From a virus, in IMG/VR virus record IMGVR_UViG_3300046476_000353, positions 2,975 to 66,974 of that record: a stretch of 64,000 nucleotides of DNA. One strand, given 5' to 3'. Below are positions 36,692-46,226 of this stretch, in pieces. Position 1 is the stretch's first letter. Each line of letters begins with the position of its first letter. The position numbers and the translations under genes were made by a program. The notes under the pieces are model-generated. The model saw only the letters and a list, made by a program, of their open reading frames with translations, had not been told where the DNA came from and did not search any database.

Positions 36692-39600
36692 CAGGCACGG
36701 CTCCTGTCGGACAGTCGGATGGCTTCCTTCATCTCCTTGACGAGTGCGTTCGCCGCGGCCCTCCGGCTAGCAGGGCTGGAGAAATCGAAAGTGCCGTTGA
36801 CGTTGATCGCCTGGATCGTGACCCCGCCCCCACCCCCGCCATTCACCAGATGCTCGAACATCGCCGTCTGCTGCGCGTCGAGGACCCGCTCCGGCCGGCC
36901 GGTCCGGTTGACCGCGAGGGTGGCACCGGGCTGGAGGAGTCCGCCCGAGTCGTAGCCGCCGGGCCGGTTCAGCGCGGTCAGGGAGCCGTACCGGTGCATG
37001 GCGTAGTTGAGGCCCGCGTAGATGTTGGGCAGGGCTGCAGTGGAGGTGCCGTACATGAACGGGCCGGTCCCGCGGAACTGGCCCGCATACGCCTTGAACG
37101 TGGGGCCGATGACCTGCATCAACCCGACGCTGGGGGTGCCGTTCTGCCAGTTGATGTCGTTGCGGTTGACGGCGGTCGGGTTGCCGCCGGACTCCTGGTT
37201 CATGCGGCGTTCGACTGTGCCCAGCCAGCCCGAGGACTGGCCCAGCAGTTGGAGTGCCTGCTGGATCTGCGGCGCCCACTGGGCTACGCCTCCGCCGGGC
37301 TTGTAGTCGACCTGTTGGGCCTTCTTGTCCTGCCCGCCGAAGTAGCTGAGGATCCCGTCCAAGGCCTTGTTCGACAAGCCCTTCATGAGGCTGCCGACAC
37401 CGCCACCGGGGATGCGGCCGATCAGCGGGCGGATCACCGAGCTGATCGCCTTCTTCGCCGCAGCCTGGAGTCCTCCGACGACGACGTCCTTGGCCCAGTC
37501 CGCGGCCGAACCGAGCGCCCCGGTCACGCTCCCGATGATCCCGCCACCACCGAACTCGGGGACGGGCTTGCGCCGGTCCTGCCGCCGCGGCTGGGTCGGG
37601 CCGTCGCCGAGGGCGGCGTCGATGGCGCGGTGCCCGCCCATCTTGGCGACCTGCTGGTTGGAGAGGATGCGTTCGCCGGGGGTGAGCATCGCGGGGACGG
37701 TGTCGCGGTTGCCGGCGCCGGGGACGATGCCGCCCTGGTTGAAGCCGAGGCTGATCTTGGGCAGGGTGAGTTTGCTGCTGATGCTTCCGGCGATGGTGTT
37801 CCACATGCGGCGGATGCCGTTGTTGTAGACGGTGTCGACGACGAACTTGATCGGCGCGCCGATCTTCGACTTCACGCCGTTCCAGATGGTGCCGAGGCTG
37901 TCCCGCAGGCTGGAGAACGCGGACTTCATGCCGTTCTTGAAGTTGTTGATCTTCGTGTTGATGGCGGAGAAGATCCCGATGATCTTGTTGTTGACGCCGT
38001 TCCACAGCGAGTTCCACGTGTTCGTGATGCTGCTCTTCAGGCTGCTGAAACTGTCACGGACCGCCCTCAACGCGCCCATGATCGACGAGTTGAGGCCACT
38101 CCAGAAGGAGTTCCATCGCGTGCGGAGCGATGTCCAGATGCTGTTCCACAGGTTCACGAGCCAGGTCTTCAGCCCGTTGAAGATCCGCTTCGTCTCCGAC
38201 CACAGGTGCGTGAACCACGTGACGATCGCCGTGACCAGGTCGGGGATGATGCTGTGCCCGACCAGCACGTCGAACAGCCACTGGAACCCTGCGACGATCG
38301 CCTTCACTCCCGCGCTCATGGCGTTCACGAAACCGGTGATCGCGCCCACGACCACGTTGATGACCGGCACAAGCAAGCCGACGGCGACAGACAAAGTGCC
38401 CGTGAGCAACTGCGCGAGCCCGACGATGAGCGGCAACAGCGGCGTGATCACCTGCATGGCCAGGTTCACCAGCGCCACCGTCAGCTGCGCGAGCGGCGGA
38501 ATCAGCGGCAGCAACGCCGGGTAGAGCTGCGCGAACAGGGGCGCGATCTGGGCAAAGAGCTGGCCGAACGTCTGCACCACGGGCACGAGTGCCGTGATCA
38601 CGGGCGCGAGGAACTGCACCAGCGCCGTAACCATGGTCTGCAGGTTGCTGGCGAACAGCTTGAGGAACGGCGCGAGCGCTGTGATCAGCACACCGATCAA
38701 GTCACCGATCGGCTGGAGCAGCGGCACCACAGCCTGGACTAGGCCGACAAGAAGACTGCCCAGGTCGCCGACGACCGGGAGCAGCGCAGTGATGATCGGC
38801 ATGAGCGCCTTACCCAGCGCCTCGGCGAGCTGCGCAAGAACAGGCCCGAACTCCGTCGCGAGCTGCGTTACGACCGGGGCCAGCGCGGCGAGCAGCGGCA
38901 ACACCGCTTGGATGACCGCGCCGAGCGTCCCGGCCACGAGCTTGGCGATCGAGTTGACCGCCGTGAAGATCGACGTCAGCGCCTTCTGCACCTCGGGCAT
39001 TGCCGTGATCTTCCGGAGCTCCTGGAAGACCGCAGCCAGGCCACCGAGAGCGTTGCCACCTCCCGCGGCAGCCGCCTTCATGACGTTGCCGAGCGTTCCG
39101 AAAATGTCGCCGATCACCTGGCCGAACTGCTTCGCGACGTTAACCGCCGTATTGATCGAGTCCTCAAGCCGGCCCGAAGCGAACGCGCTGCTCAGCTTCT
39201 TGGCGATCGTGTCGGCCATCCCGCCGGCCGCCGTGTTGATCCGCTGGAACGCGGGACTCGCCGCGATGGAGATCTGGGTGAGCCCGGTGATGAACTGGGC
39301 GGGGAACCGGGCGAGCGGCTTGAGCCCATTGTTGAGGCCGTCGAACATCTGCCGCAGCTGGCCGGTCTTGCCCAGGTTGGTGACGGCGTCGAACGCGTTC
39401 TTCGCCATCGTGTTCAGCACGCTGGCCGTTCCTGTCAGCCCGGTCTCCAGGGATGGCAGGATCGCCGTCGACATGGTCGTGAACTTCTGCCCGAGCCCCG
39501 CGAACAGCGCGTTCTGGACGTCGAGTTTCAGGCCGCGCCATGCCGCGCGCTGGGCGATGACCGCGGTGACGAAGGCCCTGGCGTTCGGTGCAAGCTTCGC

Positions 39601-41283
39601 CATCGCGTCCGCGGTTTTGGACGTGGCCACGGCCCCGGAGTTCTGCGCGTCCGCGTAGGCCTGCGCCGCCTCCTTGGCCGCCTCCTGCGCGTCCGCGATC
39701 TGCCGGGCCCCATCCGTGGCCGCCTTCGCCGCAGCAGTCTGCGCATCGGCGACGTCACGCTGGGCTTTCGCGATGCGCTGCGCACCGTCCTCCTGCGTCC
39801 GTGCAGCCTCGATCTCCGCATCCGTCAGCGACTGGGTTTTGTCGCTGACTTGCTGGTTGGCGGCCGCGATGCCCTGCTTGGCCTTCGTGACCTTGTCGGA
39901 CCCCTCGACCCCAGCGGCGTTGGCCTGGTCCGTCTGGTCTTGCAGGCGCTGCGTCTCGGTCTGCTGCTCGGCCAGAGCCTGCAGCGCTTTGTCGTACTGC
40001 AGTTGCGCCTTGTCGATCTCCTCCTGCGTCGCCGCCGCGCCCTTGGCCTTGACCTTGGCGAGTTCCTGCGTGGCGTCCTGGAGGTCGAGAACCTTCTGCC
40101 GCTGGTCGAGCTGAGCGTCCGCGAGCCGGGCGTTGAGGTCTTCCAGCTCCTGCGCCGCATCCTTACGGGCCTGCGTGAGATCGAGCTGGGCTTGCTTCGC
40201 CGCGCGCTGCGCGTCCGCCAGGTCCCGCTCCGCCGACGCGACGGACTCCGCCCCGCGTCGGTTGGCGTCCGCGACGTCAGAGACCGTGTTCTTCAGGCTC
40301 TGCTGCGCATCCTGAATGTCCCTGGCCGCCTTCACCCGGGCGGCAGCCGCGTTGACCTCGGCGTCCTTGACCGCCTGCTGGGCTTTCGCCAGCGAGCGTT
40401 GCGCAGCCTCGACCTTCTTCGTCGACGCGGCGGCGGCATTGCCGGAGGACACGGCCGGCGTGAAGGCCTGCTTGAACGCGTCCCCGATCCCGCTGGTACC
40501 GATCTTGATAGCGGCGAATGCGGCACCCAACGACAACATCGCCGGTACCGCGATGGCGGCCGCCGGACCCATCTGGATGATGGCCTGCCCCAGGGACGCA
40601 AGCATGGGAGCAGCGCCAGTGGCCACGACCTTCAAGTTCGTCAGAACCGAGAAGAGCTTCTTGAGCCCACCGCTGCCGCTCTCGCCCCCGCCGCCAAGAC
40701 TGGACAGGGAGCCGAGGACGGACCGGTCCATATCCACGCGGACGTTGATGTGGCGGTCGCGGGTGAGATCGTCCAGGCGCGCCCGTGCCGCTGCTGTGTC
40801 GGCGTCCGCATCGACACGGACCGTCCGCCGCTGTGTGAGATTCGCGAGGTCTGCGGCGGCGACGCGGGTGTCGGCGTCGGCGAGGACGTTGACCATGCGG
40901 TCGCGGGTCAGTTCGGTCAGGCGTGCGATGGCGTCGGCGTCGTCGACCTGGACGAAGAGTCGGACGGTGCGATCGGTAACGAGGGCGCCAAGCTGGGAGA
41001 GGGCGCCGCCTTCATCGAGGTCGGTGTCCACGGCGACGACGCGGCGGCGGGTGAGGTTGGCCAGCTCGTCAGCGGCAACGCGGGTGTCAGCGGTGGCGCT
41101 GATCTTGACGACACGGTCTTTGACCAGCTTGTCCAGCTTGGCAATCGCATCTTTGTCGTCGACGTCGATACCGACCTTGACGACATGATCCTTGGCCTTC
41201 AGGCGCGTCATGGCCGTGTCGTAGGCGGACTCGTCGGCCGTTACTTCTACGTAACCCTCTGCGATGCGAAAGGAGCCCGCCAC
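36691..41283 (-). CDS. Tape measure protein with lytic transglycosylase domain
   Basis: 1530 aa; Ala-rich coiled coils and Trp repeats; QESGGNP..N..SVGLMQVI. Confidence 0.93.
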   Translation of the reverse strand: MAGSFRIAEGYVEVTADESAYDTAMTRLKAKDHVVKVGIDVDDKDAIAKLDKLVKDRVVKISATADTRVAADELANLTRRRVVAVDTDLDEGGALSQLGALVTDRTVRLFVQVDDADAIARLTELTRDRMVNVLADADTRVAAADLANLTQRRTVRVDADADTAAARARLDDLTRDRHINVRVDMDRSVLGSLSSLGGGGESGSGGLKKLFSVLTNLKVVATGAAPMLASLGQAIIQMGPAAAIAVPAMLSLGAAFAAIKIGTSGIGDAFKQAFTPAVSSGNAAAASTKKVEAAQRSLAKAQQAVKDAEVNAAAARVKAARDIQDAQQSLKNTVSDVADANRRGAESVASAERDLADAQRAAKQAQLDLTQARKDAAQELEDLNARLADAQLDQRQKVLDLQDATQELAKVKAKGAAATQEEIDKAQLQYDKALQALAEQQTETQRLQDQTDQANAAGVEGSDKVTKAKQGIAAANQQVSDKTQSLTDAEIEAARTQEDGAQRIAKAQRDVADAQTAAAKAATDGARQIADAQEAAKEAAQAYADAQNSGAVATSKTADAMAKLAPNARAFVTAVIAQRAAWRGLKLDVQNALFAGLGQKFTTMSTAILPSLETGLTGTASVLNTMAKNAFDAVTNLGKTGQLRQMFDGLNNGLKPLARFPAQFITGLTQISIAASPAFQRINTAAGGMADTIAKKLSSAFASGRLEDSINTAVNVAKQFGQVIGDIFGTLGNVMKAAAAGGGNALGGLAAVFQELRKITAMPEVQKALTSIFTAVNSIAKLVAGTLGAVIQAVLPLLAALAPVVTQLATEFGPVLAQLAEALGKALMPIITALLPVVGDLGSLLVGLVQAVVPLLQPIGDLIGVLITALAPFLKLFASNLQTMVTALVQFLAPVITALVPVVQTFGQLFAQIAPLFAQLYPALLPLIPPLAQLTVALVNLAMQVITPLLPLIVGLAQLLTGTLSVAVGLLVPVINVVVGAITGFVNAMSAGVKAIVAGFQWLFDVLVGHSIIPDLVTAIVTWFTHLWSETKRIFNGLKTWLVNLWNSIWTSLRTRWNSFWSGLNSSIMGALRAVRDSFSSLKSSITNTWNSLWNGVNNKIIGIFSAINTKINNFKNGMKSAFSSLRDSLGTIWNGVKSKIGAPIKFVVDTVYNNGIRRMWNTIAGSISSKLTLPKISLGFNQGGIVPGAGNRDTVPAMLTPGERILSNQQVAKMGGHRAIDAALGDGPTQPRRQDRRKPVPEFGGGGIIGSVTGALGSAADWAKDVVVGGLQAAAKKAISSVIRPLIGRIPGGGVGSLMKGLSNKALDGILSYFGGQDKKAQQVDYKPGGGVAQWAPQIQQALQLLGQSSGWLGTVERRMNQESGGNPTAVNRNDINWQNGTPSVGLMQVIGPTFKAYAGQFRGTGPFMYGTSTAALPNIYAGLNYAMHRYGSLTALNRPGGYDSGGLLQPGATLAVNRTGRPERVLDAQQTAMFEHLVNGGGGGGVTIQAINVNGTFDFSSPASRRAAANALVKEMKEAIRLSDRSRA

Positions 41284-41286
41284 CCC

Positions 41287-41679
41287 TCACCCTCCTCCGC
41301 TCACGATCCCGGGGAACATCACCCGGAATGCCGTCAGCGAGACCTCACGGTTCTCGCCGCCGCCCTGCCGTGCCGGCGGGGCAGCCTGTGTGCGGGTTGT
41401 GGTGCTGCTCGGTCGGTCGCGCTCGTCGTCTACGCGGGCTGCCATTACGCCCTGGTAGGCGGTCAGGCGGTGGGCGAGGGCGAAGTATCGGGGGGCGGAG
41501 ACATCGGCTTGCTCAAGGTCGATGCCGTAGATGGCCAGGAAATCGGCGTCGAGATCAGCTTCGTGGTCGAGGACCCAGAGGACTTCTTCGAGTCGTTCCA
41601 CGACCGTCTCGGACAGGTCTGTCCGGCGGAACCCTTCATCCAGGACGCTGGCCCAGGCTGGGCCTACCTCGCTTTTCCC
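41287..41679 (-). CDS. Tail assembly chaperone, frameshifted extension
   Basis: The -1 frame is open from the slippery GGGAAAA (41673-41679) to 41287; DADFLAIYGIDL. Confidence 0.75.
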   Translation of the reverse strand, partial: GKSEVGPAWASVLDEGFRRTDLSETVVERLEEVLWVLDHEADLDADFLAIYGIDLEQADVSAPRYFALAHRLTAYQGVMAARVDDERDRPSSTTTRTQAAPPARQGGGENREVSLTAFRVMFPGIVSGGG

Positions 41680-42062
41680 TCCGTTTTTTCTCCCCGCCCG
41701 AGGGAGAGGTCGACGACGATCTGGATGATGCGTTTGAGCTGGTCGTCGTCCAACGCCTTGGAGTCCTCCAGCGCCTGGTAGGCGTCCTCGCCAAGGACGC
41801 GGGTGAGCAGGGTCGGTGCGGCGAACTGCTCTCCCCGCTCGCCCGCGATCCGCAGGTACTGGAGGGCGGCCCCGGTCGGGATGGACTTGGGGATCGTGTA
41901 CTCGTCGGTGCCGATGTAGAAGAGCGGGACCCGCTCCTCTACAACGTCCTCGTCGGCGTCGATCCGGATCGGTTCGAAGTCGAGCGACGCAGCCCCGGTG
42001 GCCGGCTTGGTGGCTGCGCGCTTGCGGGCGGCTGCGGTGCTCTGACGTGTGGTGGATGCCAT
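41664..42062 (-). CDS. Tail assembly chaperone
   Basis: Between tail tube and tape measure; ends ..EGKAR* across G GGA AAA. Confidence 0.8.
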   Translation of the reverse strand: MASTTRQSTAAARKRAATKPATGAASLDFEPIRIDADEDVVEERVPLFYIGTDEYTIPKSIPTGAALQYLRIAGERGEQFAAPTLLTRVLGEDAYQALEDSKALDDDQLKRIIQIVVDLSLGRGEKTEGKAR

Positions 42063-42100
42063 CGGTGGTGCTCCTCGAAGCGTGCGCGGATAGGGGGCGA

Positions 42101-42667
42101 CTAGGTGGTCTGGTCGACCACGTGGATGGGCGAGATGCTGGAGCTGACGTAGTGGCCGGAGAACTTGACGCCAAAGAGCGTCATCTTGTCCTTCGTGTAG
42201 CCCATCTCCACCGCGTCCGTGGACAGGGACTTGCGGACGATGACGCGCCTCGTGAACGCCGACGTGCCGGGCGCCCAGCCGTCGAAGAGCAGCGCCTTGT
42301 AGGTCGGCTGCGTGGCGGACGAGGCGAAGGACGGCTCGAAGCTGGCGTAGCCCGAACCCGACGCCGAGGTGCCACCGTTGAGGGCGAGCGACAGGTTCGT
42401 CAGGGTGACCTCCGCCATCGACGTCTCGACGGTGAAGTCGCGCTTCGTCAGCCGGGAGCCGACGCGGTCGACGACCTGGTCGACCTCCAGCTCCGTGTAC
42501 GACTGGTCGACGGTCAGCTTGACCCCGTCCTGAGTTCCACCGACGTCCGTCCACGTCGACGCGGCCGGGGCGCTGTTGACGGCGGTATCGGTCGGCTCGG
42601 TGGCACCGAACGCTCCGCTGTAGAGCGTCGCCGGGCCCTGTACAAGGTTGGTCGTGGTAACGCTGAT
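42101..42667 (-). CDS. Major tail tube protein, apparent ATC start
   Basis: Open frame ISVTTTNLVQGPATLY..WTDVGGTQDGV..LEVDQ; AGGAGG lies 8 nt upstream of the ATC at 42667. Confidence 0.8.
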   Translation of the reverse strand: MSVTTTNLVQGPATLYSGAFGATEPTDTAVNSAPAASTWTDVGGTQDGVKLTVDQSYTELEVDQVVDRVGSRLTKRDFTVETSMAEVTLTNLSLALNGGTSASGSGYASFEPSFASSATQPTYKALLFDGWAPGTSAFTRRVIVRKSLSTDAVEMGYTKDKMTLFGVKFSGHYVSSSISPIHVVDQTT

Positions 42668-42670
42668 GAC

Positions 42671-42850
42671 TCAGCCCTCCTTGTTCGCGGCCGGCGAGGC
42701 GGCCTTCTTGGTGGTGGCCGGAGCGGCTGCCTCGGCCTGCTCGGTGTGGTCGACGAGGACGAGTCCCTGCCGCTGGAGGTCCGTGTACTCGGCGTCTTCG
42801 ACCTCGACCACCTGGTCGGGCCGCATGGTCGTGCTGATCAGGTGGGTCAC
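42671..42850 (-). CDS. Small virion-region protein
   Basis: TTMRPDQVVEV..EYTDL..QGL; coupled ORF. Confidence 0.65.
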   Translation of the reverse strand: MTHLISTTMRPDQVVEVEDAEYTDLQRQGLVLVDHTEQAEAAAPATTKKAASPAANKEG

Positions 42851-43071
42851 CGGAACTGCTCCTTGGTCAATGGCCACGTCACGGAGGCGAGCTGGGGGTG
42901 GAAGCGGATGTCGAGGGTCTGCTCGGGCGGGATGCCGCGGGGGCAGGGGATGACGCGGACGTCGCCGGTGAACAGGAACTCCATCTCCGCGGCGTTGTCG
43001 TGGACGAGGACGCGGCCGTTCCAGGTGAGGAGGTCGCGGCTGAGGGCGCCCTGGAGGGCGTAGCGGGTCAC
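42847..43071 (-). CDS. Small virion-region protein
   Basis: LTWNGRVLVHD..EMEFL; coupled ORF. Confidence 0.6.
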   Translation of the reverse strand: MTRYALQGALSRDLLTWNGRVLVHDNAAEMEFLFTGDVRVIPCPRGIPPEQTLDIRFHPQLASVTWPLTKEQFR

Positions 43072-43529
43072 GACGGCGCCTCCACCCATGTCACGACCAG
43101 GCCGGGGATGCTGTAGCGGGCATACGAGGACGGGTCGTCGGGGATCCGCCGGTGCTCGCCGGTCGTGTACGCGGACATGACCCGGGCGGCCGGGTAGCCG
43201 GCGGGCAGGGTCACGGTCTGCGGGATGGTCCGGTGGTCGTAGCAGGCGGCCTGGATCGCCTCGGCCAGGGCGGCCGCCTTGTTCCATGGCGGCTTCTGCG
43301 AGCCCGGGTTGGTGGCCCAGCAGTCCACGCCGATGACCGGCTCCCGGAGCGGGACGTAGAGGTTGGGGGTGCCGCCTGCGGTGACGAGGGTGACGAATCC
43401 TTCATCAGCCCACGAGATAGAGCCGTCCGCAGCAGGCTTCGGAAGGGTGGTGGCGACGCGGTCGCCAACGACCGTCGTCAGCCAGGCGGTGGCGACGAGT
43501 TCGGGGGTGGCGCGCAGCAGGAGACTCAT
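43068..43529 (-). CDS. Tail terminator
   Basis: Position, size and VDCWA motif. Confidence 0.65.
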   Translation of the reverse strand: MSLLLRATPELVATAWLTTVVGDRVATTLPKPAADGSISWADEGFVTLVTAGGTPNLYVPLREPVIGVDCWATNPGSQKPPWNKAAALAEAIQAACYDHRTIPQTVTLPAGYPAARVMSAYTTGEHRRIPDDPSSYARYSIPGLVVTWVEAPS

Positions 43530-43897
43530 GGCGTCCTCCGCTGGAAAAGGCTCGGCCTCAGGTACGGCATCGGCGCGGTCCCGGGGTGGTTGACGCGCGC
43601 CACCGGGTGATCCGCGCCGGGCCAGTGCAACGCCTTCTTGTTCCGCGGCAGGATGACGTGCGGGGCCGTGCCCATCTCCACGTCGGTGGCGTAGTTACAG
43701 TCCAGCGATCCGACGCGCAGCACCTTGTCGTGGCACTCGGCGCGCAGGCTGTCGCGGAGCCGGCCGGTGCGCTTGTGGACCAGGTTCTGGGCGTCGGCGA
43801 GGATGTCGCGGCCGATGACGTTTTGCATCCAGTCGTTGACTGCCGCATCGACGTGCTCGCGTGCGCTGGGGTCGAGCCGCATGCTGGATGGCGCCAT
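43526..43897 (-). CDS. HK97 gp10-like neck protein
   Basis: RTGRLRDS, YATDVEMGT, HPGT..PYLRP. Confidence 0.8.
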   Translation of the reverse strand: MAPSSMRLDPSAREHVDAAVNDWMQNVIGRDILADAQNLVHKRTGRLRDSLRAECHDKVLRVGSLDCNYATDVEMGTAPHVILPRNKKALHWPGADHPVARVNHPGTAPMPYLRPSLFQRRTP

Positions 43898-43968
43898 GGC
43901 CGCCTCCTCTCCGAAGGTGGTCTCGTACTTGGCCTGTCCGGTCTCCCCGGGCGTGGTGGCCTGTTCGG

Positions 43969-44298
43969 TTAGGTGGTGCGCCGCAGGTCGAGCCGGATGT
44001 CCGGGGTGGCTGCGGGGTTCGCCATCGAGGAGACGGCGTCGACGCTGTAGATGGCGCCGGTCCGCTCGTCGAGCAGCCGGTCCTGGTCGGTGACGTCGGT
44101 CTGGGCCGGGACCCGGGCGACCGCGTAGCGGACGATGCGGGGGGTGGGGTCGTCGCGGGTGGTGACCCGGCGAGACTGCTCGGTCAGGCTGGCTGGGATG
44201 CCGGTGTGGACAGGGGTATCGGTGTCCTGCTCGTCGCCGTAGGCGTCGGTGGTGACGCCGCGGAGGACGGACACGAGGGTGGTGGCGATGGCCTGCAT
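43969..44298 (-). CDS. Head-to-tail stopper
   Basis: DAYGD motif, size and position. Confidence 0.7.
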   Translation of the reverse strand: MQAIATTLVSVLRGVTTDAYGDEQDTDTPVHTGIPASLTEQSRRVTTRDDPTPRIVRYAVARVPAQTDVTDQDRLLDERTGAIYSVDAVSSMANPAATPDIRLDLRRTT

Positions 44299-44744
44299 CA
44301 CGCACCCCCTGTGTACGGAGCCCACACCATGTGGTCGTCCGAGCCGTCCGTCAGGGGATCCCCGACGATCGGGCCGGCGCCCTCGATGGCGGACCGGATG
44401 TGCACCGTGCGGGACCGCATCCACGACACCCGGCGCAGGGCGCGGGCGGCCATGGGTGCGAGGACCAGGCCGTCGCCCGTCAGCGTGGAGGAGACCTGGT
44501 CTTGCTGGATCTGCGTGGCATCCAGCCGCGTCTCCAGCCCGAACTGGCCAGCCAGCCACGCGGCTTGGTAGGCGACGGCCTGGCCCAGCCAGTAGAGGTC
44601 CCGCGTCCGCATCCGCTCCGAGTCGGGGTAGATGCGGTTGCTGAAGACCTCGATGTTCTTCTGCGCCTGGACAAGCTGCTGTTCCGTCACCGTGACACCC
44701 GTGGTGTCGATGACGTCCTGCGCGCTTGCCCAGGCCGCGGCCAT
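44298..44744 (-). CDS. Head-to-tail adaptor
   Basis: WAS.QDV...AVAYQA...LAPMA.RAL. Confidence 0.7.
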   Translation of the reverse strand: MAAAWASAQDVIDTTGVTVTEQQLVQAQKNIEVFSNRIYPDSERMRTRDLYWLGQAVAYQAAWLAGQFGLETRLDATQIQQDQVSSTLTGDGLVLAPMAARALRRVSWMRSRTVHIRSAIEGAGPIVGDPLTDGSDDHMVWAPYTGGA

Positions 44745-45112
44745 CAGCCGTTGCCCTCGATCACCTTGCGGGGCGTGGTGGTGTCCTCGGAGCTGTGGTC
44801 GACGGACGCGGGCACGGTCTCCACCGAGTAGGTGAGCGTCAGCGACACCCCGTCCGGCTGGTCCTCGGCACCGTCGAAGGACACGTTGCCGCGGGGGTGG
44901 AGGCCGCGCTGGATCGCCTCGTTGACGACGCCCGCCTTGTTCGCGGTGTGCTCGTCGTCAGAGCCGCCCCACTGGCGGGCCAGGACGACGAACTTCTTGA
45001 CGAACCGCATGCCGTCGGAGCCGTCCGCGGACCGCTCGTCGACCTCAACCTCGGGCTCGCCGGCCTTCGCCGGGAACTGCCGCGCTGCCGCGGTCTTCTT
45101 CGCTGCTGCCAT
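44744..45112 (-). CDS. Hypothetical protein after capsid
   Basis: GGAGGTGA RBS; coupled to the adaptor gene. Confidence 0.65.
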   Translation of the reverse strand: MAAAKKTAAARQFPAKAGEPEVEVDERSADGSDGMRFVKKFVVLARQWGGSDDEHTANKAGVVNEAIQRGLHPRGNVSFDGAEDQPDGVSLTLTYSVETVPASVDHSSEDTTTPRKVIEGNG

Positions 45113-45177
45113 GGCTCACCTCCGACCGGTGGCCCGTACCGCCCAGCCATGGAAGCGGTACGGGGGTCACAGGGGGG

Positions 45178-46092
45178 TCAGCCGACGAGGATGCTGGCGC
45201 CGTTCGGGTGGCCGTAGGCCCAGCCACGGCGGGCACGCATCTTGAGGATCGACTCGTCCGTCAACGCGCTCAAACCGTCACGTCCGTCGATGAAGATCGA
45301 CTCCGGGCCGGAACGGACGCCGAGCAGCATCAGTTCGGGGTTGACGAACGCCATGAGGGCGCGGCCGGTCGGCGTCGACGTGGCGGTCGCGGCGAGCTTC
45401 GCGCCCAGGCTCCAGCGGATCGGCATGCTGAAGATCGTGTCGGGGGTTCCTGCGGTGCCCTCGATGAAGATCGGCCGGTGCTGGTCGTCCAGCACGCCGC
45501 GGAGACTCTTGCGGAACGCGGGGTGCGCGATGGCGACCATGCTGCCGGGGTCGAAGTAGTCGCCGGATTCGACGAGGCCGACAGCGGTGTTGAACTCGCT
45601 GTACGTCGGGGCGCCAGAAGAGGAGGCGGTGGTGATGTTCGTGCCGCCGGTGTAGCTGAGGGTGGCGTCGGTCGTGTTCAGCAGCTGGTAGAGGCTGGTG
45701 AACGGGATCGTCGTGCCGTTGCTGGCCGCGCTGACGGCGAGGGACGCGTTGTCGATCATCTTGGCGTAGGACTTGCCCCAGCCGATCATCTTCGCATCGA
45801 TCACGTTCGCGACCGAGTCGTCGATGTCCTCTTCAGCGATGCGGGCCGCCTGGCCGAACTTGACCGCGCTGAGCAGGACTTCGTCGTTCAGCGACGTGTC
45901 CTCGGCGTAGGTGCCCCCCTTCGCGACGACCGCGACCGACATGCCTGCGGTGCGGGGGACGTGCTTGGTGTCGGAGCCCATGGTGATGCGGGCTGCGAGG
46001 GACTCGACTGCGGAGATCTGGGTGATGGACTGGACTACCCGCGAGGTCTCCCACTCTTCTGGGATCCATGCTTCGAGCGTATTGCGCGCCAT
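45178..46092 (-). CDS. Major capsid protein (HK97 fold)
   Basis: 304 aa after the scaffold; WIPEE, I.EE.IDDS, D...RPIF. Confidence 0.88.
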   Translation of the reverse strand: MARNTLEAWIPEEWETSRVVQSITQISAVESLAARITMGSDTKHVPRTAGMSVAVVAKGGTYAEDTSLNDEVLLSAVKFGQAARIAEEDIDDSVANVIDAKMIGWGKSYAKMIDNASLAVSAASNGTTIPFTSLYQLLNTTDATLSYTGGTNITTASSSGAPTYSEFNTAVGLVESGDYFDPGSMVAIAHPAFRKSLRGVLDDQHRPIFIEGTAGTPDTIFSMPIRWSLGAKLAATATSTPTGRALMAFVNPELMLLGVRSGPESIFIDGRDGLSALTDESILKMRARRGWAYGHPNGASILVG

Positions 46093-46226
46093 TGTGGCCC
46101 TCCTGCGGGCGGCGTGATGGGGAAGCTGGTGGGCTCGGGCCCCATCACGGGCGCCTTCGCAAGCAAGGGTGTCAGCGCGATTCGATCACCGAATCAAAGC
46201 TCACAGGCTAAATGTACCTTCGAATG

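Noticed and set aside
40720-41120. Repeats at the 5' end of the tape measure gene
   Set aside because: Explained by protein repeats (ADTRVAA..LA.LTR.R) typical of tape measure N-termini.
36850-41781. Long plus-strand ORFs (630 and 957 aa) and similar ORFs opposite other genes
   Set aside because: These are antisense shadows of real genes in high-GC DNA, with no motifs or RBS.
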